DNA of 64,000 nt from Sedimentisphaerales bacterium (GTDB lineage: Bacteria > Planctomycetota > Phycisphaerae > Sedimentisphaerales > Anaerobacaceae), in NCBI GenBank assembly GCA_963708075.1, contig OY970194.1, positions 6,720,001-6,784,000 of the forward strand, in the 5' to 3' direction. The stretch's first letter is position 1, and the number at the start of each line of letters is the position of its first letter. Positions 41,729 through 50,641 of the stretch are shown here, piece by piece. The position numbers and the translations under genes were made by a program. The notes beneath the pieces were generated by a model. The model saw only the letters and a program-made list of their open reading frames with translations. It was not told the DNA's origin and ran no database searches.

Positions 41729-43302
41729 CTATTGCCCCACGTCATTCGTATAGTCAAGATGCATCAGGAGGTCGGTCCGGCCGCGCAGCTCGCTGACGCT
41801 TCGCATCCCGAATCGCCGCAGAATATCGATCAGCTCGTCATGCCATGCGTTGTACAGATTGATCATCCGCTGCGTGCCCCAGTCGAGATCCATCTTGCCG
41901 CAGAGTTCAGAGTCCGTGGTGGCGATTCCGCGCGGACAGCCCCGGCCGCTCTCGCACCGGCTGCACCGAACACAGCCCAGTGCGACCAACTCCGCCGTCC
42001 CGATCACGACGCCGTCGGCGCCCAGGGCAATCGCCTTGGCCACGTCATGAACGGTCCGCACGCCGCCGCTGGCCATCAATGTGACTTTGTCCCGGACGCC
42101 TTCGGCCTTGAGGAACCCGTGCACCTTGCCAATGGCGTATTCGATTGGCATGGCGATGTTCTTCTTCGCGATGTCGGGCGAGGCGCCGGTGCCACCGTAA
42201 CCGCCGTCGATGTGAATGATGTGCGTGCCGGCGGCATAGCTGCCCACCGCGACCATGTCCACATCCGTTGGGGTCGAGACCTTCGTCGAGAGCAGGGCCC
42301 GCCGGTTGATGTGCTTGATCCAGTCGAGGTGCTTCATGTGGTCCTCGATGGAGTAGACACTGTGGAACGGGAACGGCGAGAACAACGAGATCCCGAGCAC
42401 CGCCTCGCGCATCCGGGCCACGGCAGGGGTGTTCTTGTCGCCGAGCAGGTGGCCGCCAAGCCCCGGCTTGGCGCCCTGGGCATATTTGAACTCGACGATC
42501 GGCACGCGTTGGATCGTCTCTTCGCGGACGCCGAACAGGCCCGTGGCGACCTGCGTGATCACGTGGTCGTCATAGGGCCGCATCCGCTCCATGTAGCCAC
42601 CTTCACCCGTACAGGTGAAGGTGTTCCACGCCACGGCGCATCGGGCCTTCGAGAGCTGCGTGACGTTACTGACGGAGCCGAACGACATGCCGCCGCCGTA
42701 CCAGGGGACGTCGATCCGGATTTGAGGCCGGCCGTCGCCCCGGCGGTTGAGCTTGATGCTCGTGTCGATCTGGTCCTTCGACACGCCATTCGAGGGCTTC
42801 TCCGGGAACTTGAACCGCAGCTTGTCGAACCCGCCGCCGGAATTGCCGCACTGGTAGTCGAAGCCGTACTCTGTCGCGGGGACGCTTCCCGTCTCGGCCA
42901 TCATCCAGGTGGCGAGGATCATGTCGGCCGTCCAGCGGTAATCGCCCAGGATCTGCATCATCGGGTTTTCGACGATCTGCAGCGCCGACTTGGGACAGGC
43001 GGCCACGCAATAGTGATTCGTCTCTTCGCACGCCGCGCCGATGCAGTGGTACGACTTCGGCTCGCAGAAGTACTTGTACCCCGGCTTGCGGACGTGCACA
43101 CCGTACGGGCAAAGCTGGGCACATTTGCCGCAGTGGATGCAGTCGTGGTTGCGCCGGATGATGTATTTCGAGACTTCGTTCCGGTAGCGCGGCGGGGCCG
43201 GCGCGACTTGCGCTCCACTACAACCTGCGGCACACGCGTCTTCAGTGTGTTGGCCGGCAGGATGTCCCGAAGATCACTTTCTTTTACCGAAAAGCTTGCC
43301 AA
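41729..43302 (-). CDS. Ferredoxin plus FMN-binding glutamate synthase domain, catalytic motifs intact (frameshift near 43210)
   Basis: CIHCGKCAQLCP, GGMSFGS, TGEGG, QVATGLFG, EFKYAQGAKPGLGGHL, DGGYGGTGAS, C..C..C..G.CP; TTG 43302 preceded by GAGGAGG. Confidence 0.88.
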
Positions 43303-44674
43303 ACGTTTCCTCCTCGAGGTCCTCGAAGAACATCGCGCGGCCGATGTCGCCGCGCAGCCGGCGGACTTCGCGCATGCCCATCGCCCCCATGACCTCGATC
43401 AATTGATCGTGCCAGGCGGCGATCAGGTTCACCATGCGCCCGACGGCATAATCAAAGGGCACATCATCCAGCCTGGCGGGACATGGCATGCCCGCCTCGC
43501 AGCGATCACAGAGGTGACACTCCAAGGCGATCATCAGCGGCAGGTCGATGCTGACTAAGTCGGCGCCGCAGATGATGGCTTTGGCCATGTGCTCGGGCAG
43601 GGCAATCCCACCGCCAGCGATGAGCGTGACTTCGTCCCGAATTCCTTTTTCGATCAGCGCCGTATGAATCCGGCGGATCATGTCCCTCAAAAACAAAGGC
43701 TTTTCTACGCCGATCTGGTTGCCGTTGAGGTCGGCCACGACGTGGATCGCCTCTGCCTCGGCCAGAGTAGCCAACTCAATGGCCCGCTGCACACCTTTGG
43801 CATCCAGCGGTACGCGCACTGAGACAACGATTCCGGGATGCTTGTCCTTGAGCCGCTTGATGCGGTCGATCACGTCGGGGCCGTCATAGGTCTCCACCAG
43901 CCGGGTCTGGGCCAATGATTCCGGTGGGACAACAGGCTGCTCCGGGTTCAAACAGAACGCCATGTGGGGTGCCAGACGATCTACATCCTCCCCGACAAAG
44001 GGCCAGTCGGATGGGCCGGCCAGGGCAATGATGTCCGTGCGTACGGCGGCCTCGCGAAGGGCGGGACCCAGCTTGGGCAACGTGTGACGCGGCGAGGACA
44101 GATTCAGGATCAACGGCATCTGGATCGACAGGCACGAGGCGTCGATTCGGAACGACTGGTCCTGGAAGTTCAGATAGGCGGGCTTGCGACCGATGTCCGC
44201 CGCCGTGCTGATGTACTCGCGGCCGTGGATGCCGTCGCGTGTGGGCCGAACGATCTCGGACATGTCGGTCCACATGCTGTCGAAACCCGGCCCGCTGAAG
44301 GGGCCTCTGTACCCGGCGCCGGAGACGGGAATCTTGGCCGTCTCCGCCTGGGTCCACGTCGTATGAATGATCTCGGGCGTCCAGTAGCTGTTGCCCAGGG
44401 CCTCGTAGATCGGATTGACGACCAGCCGCAGCAGGCCCTTCGTGCAATTCTGAACGCAGGAGAAACAGCCCATGCACTCGAAGAACAGAGCATCGACCGC
44501 CTCCAGTGTGCGGATATACTCTGCTTCTTGCCGATAGCGATCGTACACGCAGGCCTTCTTGACGCAGTTGTGACACCGGGCACAATCTTCGCGCCAATCG
44601 ACCACGCCGAACTTGCCGATGCGAGGTCGGCGCGGCGGCACGGGTTTCGTTTCAATGTGGTATTTCTCAGGCAT
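43274..44674 (-). CDS. Ferredoxin plus degenerate glutamate-synthase FMN-barrel subunit
   Basis: CARCHNC and CMGCFSC; EVTLIAGGGI, KAIICGAD, CHLCDRC; lacks GMS.G and QGAKPG.GG. Confidence 0.8.
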   Translation of the reverse strand: MPEKYHIETKPVPPRRPRIGKFGVVDWREDCARCHNCVKKACVYDRYRQEAEYIRTLEAVDALFFECMGCFSCVQNCTKGLLRLVVNPIYEALGNSYWTPEIIHTTWTQAETAKIPVSGAGYRGPFSGPGFDSMWTDMSEIVRPTRDGIHGREYISTAADIGRKPAYLNFQDQSFRIDASCLSIQMPLILNLSSPRHTLPKLGPALREAAVRTDIIALAGPSDWPFVGEDVDRLAPHMAFCLNPEQPVVPPESLAQTRLVETYDGPDVIDRIKRLKDKHPGIVVSVRVPLDAKGVQRAIELATLAEAEAIHVVADLNGNQIGVEKPLFLRDMIRRIHTALIEKGIRDEVTLIAGGGIALPEHMAKAIICGADLVSIDLPLMIALECHLCDRCEAGMPCPARLDDVPFDYAVGRMVNLIAAWHDQLIEVMGAMGMREVRRLRGDIGRAMFFEDLEEETFGKLFGKRK

Positions 44675-44689
44675 AGCTCTTCTTGCACC

Positions 44690-45595
44690 CTACAGGCCGG
44701 CAGCCGCACGCAGTTTCGACACGATCTTCTCTCGGCCTCCCGAGAGGATGTGAATGCCCCGGACGCCCTTCATACCTTTGAGCTTGCCAATGATCTCGGC
44801 ACAAATCTTCAAGCCTTCTTTCTCTTGAGCGTCTGCGTTTCCGGCGGCCTTGAGTCTTGCCACCAGGGCATCGGGAATTCGCAACTCCGTATGAGCCTCG
44901 CGGAGCTTCTCGGCCTCTTCGGCACTGCTCAGGGGCAAGATGCCCACCAGGATCGCGGTCTTGTCCACCAGTTCCTCTTTGCGGGCTGCATCAAGCCAGA
45001 TGGCAAACTCATCTATGTCAAAGACAGGCTGCGTCTGAATGAAGTCCGCCCCGGCCCCGACCTTCTTGGCGAGCTGGATCATGTTCAGCTCCAGCGGTCG
45101 AAGGTACGGGTTCGCCACCGTCCCAATCAGCATGGAGAACTTGCCCGAGACGGCAGTCCCATCCAGGAGCGTACCTTTGTCACGCATCTGCCTGATGGTC
45201 CAGATAACCTGGATCGCATCGAGGTCATACACATTGGCCGAGTCGGAGCACCCGGTGAGGGTCTGGTGATGGCCCGACGTACACACGATGTTCTTGATTC
45301 CCAGCACGGCGGCGCCCAGCAGGTCCGACTGGATCGCAATGCGGTTGCGGTCGCGGGTGACTACCTGATAAATGGGCTCACGTCCCAGCCCGAGAAGCAC
45401 CGATGACGCGGCGAGACTTGACGTGGCGATGCCGCTGTGATTGTCAGCCACGCTGACAGCAGCGAGACTGTCGCCCATCGCATCCGCCGCCGCCTTGATC
45501 GCGGCCCCCTCGGCCGCCGGAGGCGGCAGGATTTCCGCTGTCACGACAAATGCGGCCGACTGAAGGGCACTGGCCAACTTGCTGTCTGGTTTCAT
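44690..45595 (-). CDS. metF: Methylenetetrahydrofolate reductase, MetF-like
   Basis: VVTAEILPP, VADN, TRDRNRIAIQSDLLGA, KKVGAGADFIQTQ, GIHI. Confidence 0.88.
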   Translation of the reverse strand: MKPDSKLASALQSAAFVVTAEILPPPAAEGAAIKAAADAMGDSLAAVSVADNHSGIATSSLAASSVLLGLGREPIYQVVTRDRNRIAIQSDLLGAAVLGIKNIVCTSGHHQTLTGCSDSANVYDLDAIQVIWTIRQMRDKGTLLDGTAVSGKFSMLIGTVANPYLRPLELNMIQLAKKVGAGADFIQTQPVFDIDEFAIWLDAARKEELVDKTAILVGILPLSSAEEAEKLREAHTELRIPDALVARLKAAGNADAQEKEGLKICAEIIGKLKGMKGVRGIHILSGGREKIVSKLRAAAGL

Positions 45596-46053
45596 GCGGC
45601 ATTCTCCCGACGGGTGCCCGTTCGCGCATCTGCCAGAACAGTCCGGGCCGGCTTGGTCCTGACAGAATGCACTCGGTCAAGCTTCGTTTGGAGTTGCTGG
45701 ACAGCGTCGATCAACGGCTCGCTCTGTCCCTGTTCTTTTGTCGCGACAACGACGCGACCCTTGCCAAAACCGATTTCGTCCAACAACTCCTCCACGGCCT
45801 CGGCCCGCTTGGACGCCCGGAGATTGCCCTCCAGATGCTTGCACTGGGACTCGGGACAAACACACAGCACCACGCCATCGGCGCCCTTTTCAAACGCCTT
45901 GAGCAGGTATGGAATCGTCGCTTTGCCGGAGCAAGGCAGGCTGAGTGTCTTAAGCCCGTCCGTGTCGAGCCGGGTTTGCAACTCCTGGAGCTCGGCATCC
46001 GTCACACTGTTGGCACAGTAAAAGAGATGGATCGTTGGAGCTTGTTTATCCAT
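45592..46053 (-). CDS. Second, divergent MvhD-like subunit
   Basis: LPCSGK, AFEKGADGV..C.C....C.H.EGN; N-terminal motif reduced to FYCANS. Confidence 0.8.
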   Translation of the reverse strand: MDKQAPTIHLFYCANSVTDAELQELQTRLDTDGLKTLSLPCSGKATIPYLLKAFEKGADGVVLCVCPESQCKHLEGNLRASKRAEAVEELLDEIGFGKGRVVVATKEQGQSEPLIDAVQQLQTKLDRVHSVRTKPARTVLADARTGTRRENAA

Positions 46054-46239
46054 AGCGCACTTGACCCAAACGGCCTATACAGGCATAATAGTCTGAGAAG
46101 CAGCCCGAGCTGCTTCGGCCACCGATTCGGACATCCGACTCGGTCATCGAAAATCAAAACAGGAGGGGCGGGGCTTGCCGTTTCCGGCTGCCGCTAAACA
46201 GCTTGGCAAGCCTCGCCCACAACCCAATGCCCTAAGTCA

Positions 46240-46329
46240 TGGAATAATGGAACGATGGAACAATGGAGTATTGGGGCACGCACCGGCCGCTTCCCCATCA
46301 TTTCATCATTCCGATATTCCGTCATTCCA
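46240..46329. repeat. Inverted array of 8-bp units (GGAAYRAT/ATCATTCC), MITE-like
   Basis: Four 8-mer units face four complementary units. Confidence 0.75.
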
Positions 46330-46347
46330 ATCTCCCGTCGTACATCT

Positions 46348-46650
46348 TCACTGCCGGCTGAACCGGGCGACGAACTCCAGGTGGCCCCTGAGGACCCACA
46401 TCTTCTCCAGAAACTCCGGCCAGCCGCAGGAGGGCTGGAAACCTTCCGGGGCCTCCGAGTCAATCACAGTGCCGGAGACGACGACCCCTTCGAGTTCTCC
46501 CCAGAGGTCCGCCCAGACACTCAAGGCATCCTGCACAACGTTGCCGGTGACACCTCGAAAATGGGCCAACTCGGCCTGGGGCAAGGGTGCTTTGGCGATG
46601 ATCTGCGATTTCTCGCCCTCAAACTTGACCAGCTTCACACCCTGATTCAT
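46348..46650 (-). CDS. Hypothetical protein (~100 aa), first gene after the sigma54 promoter
   Basis: ATG 46650 with GGAAG RBS; co-oriented with the operon. Confidence 0.6.
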   Translation of the reverse strand: MNQGVKLVKFEGEKSQIIAKAPLPQAELAHFRGVTGNVVQDALSVWADLWGELEGVVVSGTVIDSEAPEGFQPSCGWPEFLEKMWVLRGHLEFVARFSRQ

Positions 46651-46717
46651 ACTTCCGGTCCAATATGTGTCCACCCAGCGCCTGGGTACTCACATTGCCC
46701 AGGCCGCTATCGATCAG

Positions 46718-46734
46718 TGCAAGAACCGTTCCAG
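46718..46734 (-). promoter_or_regulatory. sigma54 -24/-12 promoter
   Basis: Minus strand CTGGAACGGTTCTTGCA with exact GG-N10-GC spacing; IHF-like TTTCAATGGTTTA at 46772-46784. Confidence 0.7.
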
Positions 46735-46926
46735 CGTGTCCGAACCATCGATGTGTCTGTATCTCCTGATATTTCAATGGTTTACGTGGAATGATCGGGA
46801 ATGCACTCTCAGACCTGCCCGGGGAGAATTGGCACAGAAAGTGGGCCACGGATCAACAAATGAGCCACAGTAGATGGAGAGGCTGCCTGCTGGTGCTTAT
46901 GGTGGTGCTTGTACTTGTGGGCCGAA

Positions 46927-49246
46927 CTAAAAGCTTATGCCGTATTCCTGAAGGCGACTGCGAAGGGTGGTCCGGCTGAGTCCGAGCTTGGCGGCGAGGG
47001 TTCGCTGGCTCATGCCGTCGGAAAGCGCACGGGAAATGATGATCCGCTCAATCAGTCGCTGGAGGCTCTTCCCTGGCCCCGGCTGATTCCTCTGCCGTCT
47101 TGTAGTACCGTTCCAAGAGCACCTGAAGGTCGCCCTGCAAACCGTCAAGACTGAGCGGACCGCGATGAGCAGGTCCATCTGATGCACCATTGAGGACTTC
47201 GGCAGTCAGCAGACTTATCGATAGTGTCTTGCCGGGGCTCATCACAACAGCGTGCTCGATGCAGTTCTCCAACTCACGCACGTTGCCGGGCCACGAGTAC
47301 GCCAGAAGATGATCCAGGACCTCACGAGAGATCTTCGTCACTGTCTTGCCGTTCTCCCGGTTGTATTTCTCCAGGAAGTGGTCCACGAGCATGGGAATAT
47401 CTTCGCGCCGCTCGCGAAGCGGAGGCAGGTGGATTGGCACGACGTTCAGCCGGTAGTAGAGATCCTGGCGGAACCGGCCTTGGCGGATGACCTCTTTCAA
47501 ATCCGTGTTCGTGGCGGCCACAACGCGGACATCCACGCGAACCGTCTGCGTGCCGCCGACCGGCTCGAACTCGCCCTCTTGCAGTACCCGCAGGAGCTTG
47601 ACCTGGAGACGCGGGCTCATCTCCGAGACCTCGTCCAGAAAGAGCGTCCCCTGATGGGCCAGCTCGAACCGCCCCTTGCGGTTCTGGATGGCGCCGGTGA
47701 ACGCTCCCTTGACGTGGCCGAACAGTTCTGATTCGAGCAGCGTCTCCGGCAGTGCTCCGCAATTGACTTTCACAAGGGGCCCCTTCGAGCGGGGGCTGTT
47801 ATAGTGGATCACGTTGGCCACCAGCTCCTTGCCCGTGCCGGTCTCGCCATTGATGAGGATAGGAGCGTTGGACTTGGCGGCCGTGGCGGCTGTCGCCAGG
47901 ACCTGCTGGATCGACTTGCTCTGGCCGATGAGATTCTCCAGGCGATAGCGGCTGCGCAGCTCGCGGAGCATTTGTTCATCCCGGATGAGAATCTCGTCTT
48001 TTTCGACCTGAAGCAGGCGGTTGATCTTGAGCACCTGGGAGGCGAGTGAGGCCACAATTGACAGAAGCCGCAGGTCCTTGTCGAGGGTAGATTCCACCGC
48101 GAACGGCCGATCCACGCTCAGCGCGCCGACCGTTTCATTGTCCACCTTGAGCGGCACACAGATGAATGCGATTGGCCATGCCGAATCCGTCTGGCGTGCT
48201 GAGGTACGGTTCAGGAATCTCGCGTCCTTGGAGATATCCGGCACCGCCTCGGGCAGTCCGGTCTTGACGACATGACCCGTGATGCCTTCGCCGATATCGT
48301 ACTCGCCCCGCGCTCGCTCGGCGCTCGAAAGCCCATGAGCAGCCACGATGCGAAGTTTGCCTACTGTCCGGTCAAGGAGCACGACGGTGCCGCGGATCAT
48401 CCCCAACTCGCTCGCCAGCACGTTCATGGTCTCTTCGAAGAAGGAATTGGGGACCAGGGCCGTGCCCAGCGCCTCGCCCATCCGTGTCAACAAGCTCAGC
48501 TCGCGATCTTCCCGCGACTCGGCGGCAATCGCCAGCTTGCCATCGACGATCCGAAACCACTGGGGCACGCCGATGGCCGTGCTACGCCGGTTGGCCGCCT
48601 TTCGCAAGGTCAACGTGCGAATCCCCCGGGAGATGCCGATCTCCAGCACGACTTGCGTGATATGCCGCACCTTGGCGAGAAATCGTGATGAGTGAGCTTC
48701 CGTCTCCAACAGCCAGTATGCGATTGTGCGGAGGTCAAAGAGCCGCGGACAGATGTGTCCGAAGAACCGCAGGACGACATCCTCATCGCCCCAGAGGTCC
48801 AACATCCCCGTCAGGCTGTCAAACACATAGCGCGTCTTGGTTCTCTCGGCCGATCCCGCTTCAGTCAGTGCTTTCTCCAGCTCGGCGGCATCGGAGGGAT
48901 TCTCTACACGCACCACGGCCTGGTGCGACTCCTTCTCCGAGGATTCGTAGAAATCGAGGAAGACTCTGTCGTTGTTTCCCTTTCCCGACGAGAAGCAGTC
49001 GATCAGTCGGAAGGCGCCCTGCGACATGAGCCCCGTATACGTGCGGCTGATCGTTTGCGGCGAGCGATTGAAACTCACGTAGGCGATGGGCGAACCCTCG
49101 GCCTCACTGGCCGCCAGAAAGCTCGAAACGAACTTGTCCACCGGCGCGCCGGAGTCCACTTCCAATACAATGTTGTCGCCGGGTAAGACGCCACCTACCA
49201 GGCGGTCAATCTCGGCAATACCGGTTGTCAACACAGGTTCACTCAA
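46927..49246 (-). CDS. sigma54-dependent activator: degenerate KaiC/RAD55-like domain, NifA-like GAF, AAA+, Fis HTH (frameshift near 47075)
   Basis: [72 protein letters not shown] in a shifted frame. Confidence 0.9.
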
Positions 49247-49825
49247 CTCATGCCCCTTGAATCATCACAGGCAGTCCTCGCTATTGCCGTAAGTGTGCGC
49301 ACGCGGTCACATTGTTAGCGGTCGAGCATTCCAGCGAGAACGATCTTCAGCAATACAGCCCCATTCTACCACACAGCGCACTTCCCCGGGGAAGAAAACC
49401 ACATGTGCACCTGGTGAGTACGGCAGGCATGCTCGGCCTTGTTCGACGAAAAGTGCTCGCCCTGAGAACATGCCGCCCAACAGCATATTCACGGCAGCGC
49501 CCCGTTCTCAATCTTCTCGCAGTACTGCCCGCGTGCCCCGTCCATCACAACTGGTCGGGCGACGACATCAAGGCCCTCCGTCGCGAAGTCTCGATGTATA
49601 GTCCGCGCGAGGCTTCTTCCACAAATTTGTAGATGACAATGCCACATTCTACGAATGTGTGGCCATGAGGGCCCTGTCTGTGGAGCCATGGGTTAGCTGT
49701 AACCGGCTGCTACTCAGCGAGTTATGCCTTTTTCTCCTCTTCTCACGTCGTTGGGTATGGGATTTGCAAGATCAATCAGTCAGGGACGGCGTCGGCCGGC
49801 GAAACGGTCTTGCAGGGCAGGGGAT

Positions 49826-50239
49826 ATGAACCTGTTCACTTATGGATCGCTGATGTTTGTGGAGGTCTGGTCGCAACTCGTGCGAGGCGACTACGTGAAG
49901 CGTCCTGCGCGTCTGCACGGGTTCACCCGTCGGCGAGTGCACAAAGACGTCTATCCGGTCATCTTCAAATCGAACAACAGCGAGTGGGTGGATGGTTTCA
50001 TCTACTTCGGCGTTAGTGATGAGGACTTGCGCCGGCTCGATGCCTTCGAGGCCGACGCCTACGACCGACAAGCTCACACCGTGGTTGTCGAAGGCTTTGA
50101 GAAGCACGTAGCCGAAGCCTATGTCCTGAAGGACTGCTACAAGTACCTGGTCAACAACAGCGAGTGGGATCCGCAGTGGTTCGCCCGCGAGGCCCTGCCG
50201 TTCTTCATCCACACCTATCGGGGCTTCACCGGACGCTGA
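49826..50239 (+). CDS. Gamma-glutamylcyclotransferase (AIG2-like) family protein
   Basis: LFTYGSLM, YP, LDAFE...Y.R. Confidence 0.85.
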   Translation: MNLFTYGSLMFVEVWSQLVRGDYVKRPARLHGFTRRRVHKDVYPVIFKSNNSEWVDGFIYFGVSDEDLRRLDAFEADAYDRQAHTVVVEGFEKHVAEAYVLKDCYKYLVNNSEWDPQWFAREALPFFIHTYRGFTGR

Positions 50240-50641
50240 GCACGCACTCCGCCAAACTCCAATGCGCATCGGTGGCCTCTCGACGAAACCGACAACTACA
50301 AAAGTGTATCTATCGGGCCGATGATCTACAAAAACGTGCGCAGCCGCGTGCCTCGGAGCGAACCGAGGCGATGCTGTAACTATCGGAGCAAGCGGGCATT
50401 AAGCAGTTTTCCCCCTCGGCCGCACGTCTGGCACGGGGTTTGTACGTCTGGATAGAGGCCAGTTGACATTTCAGCCTTGGATTTCGGGCGGATGAGATGT
50501 AACGCCGTTGGCCCGTGACGATTTGGAGACACGGAGATGTTGGCGATGGGGTATTGGTATGTCCTGACGTTGTCCAGGACACGGCTTGTCGTCTTAGCTG
50601 TAGCGGGTTTGTTGATCCTCTTGGCTTTCGGTGGTAGTGTG

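Noticed and set aside
43099..43276. The two FMN-barrel ORFs share a frame separated by one TGA, suggesting selenocysteine or read-through fusion
   Set aside because: A TTG at 43302 with GAGGAGG and GC3-rich codons, plus one missing base near 43210, explains the second gene more simply; the TGA is not at a Cys-motif position.
46829..46846. Plus-strand TTGGCAC as a sigma54 promoter (similar case at ~50428-50444)
   Set aside because: The -12 GC is missing, and no convincing downstream gene lies on that strand.
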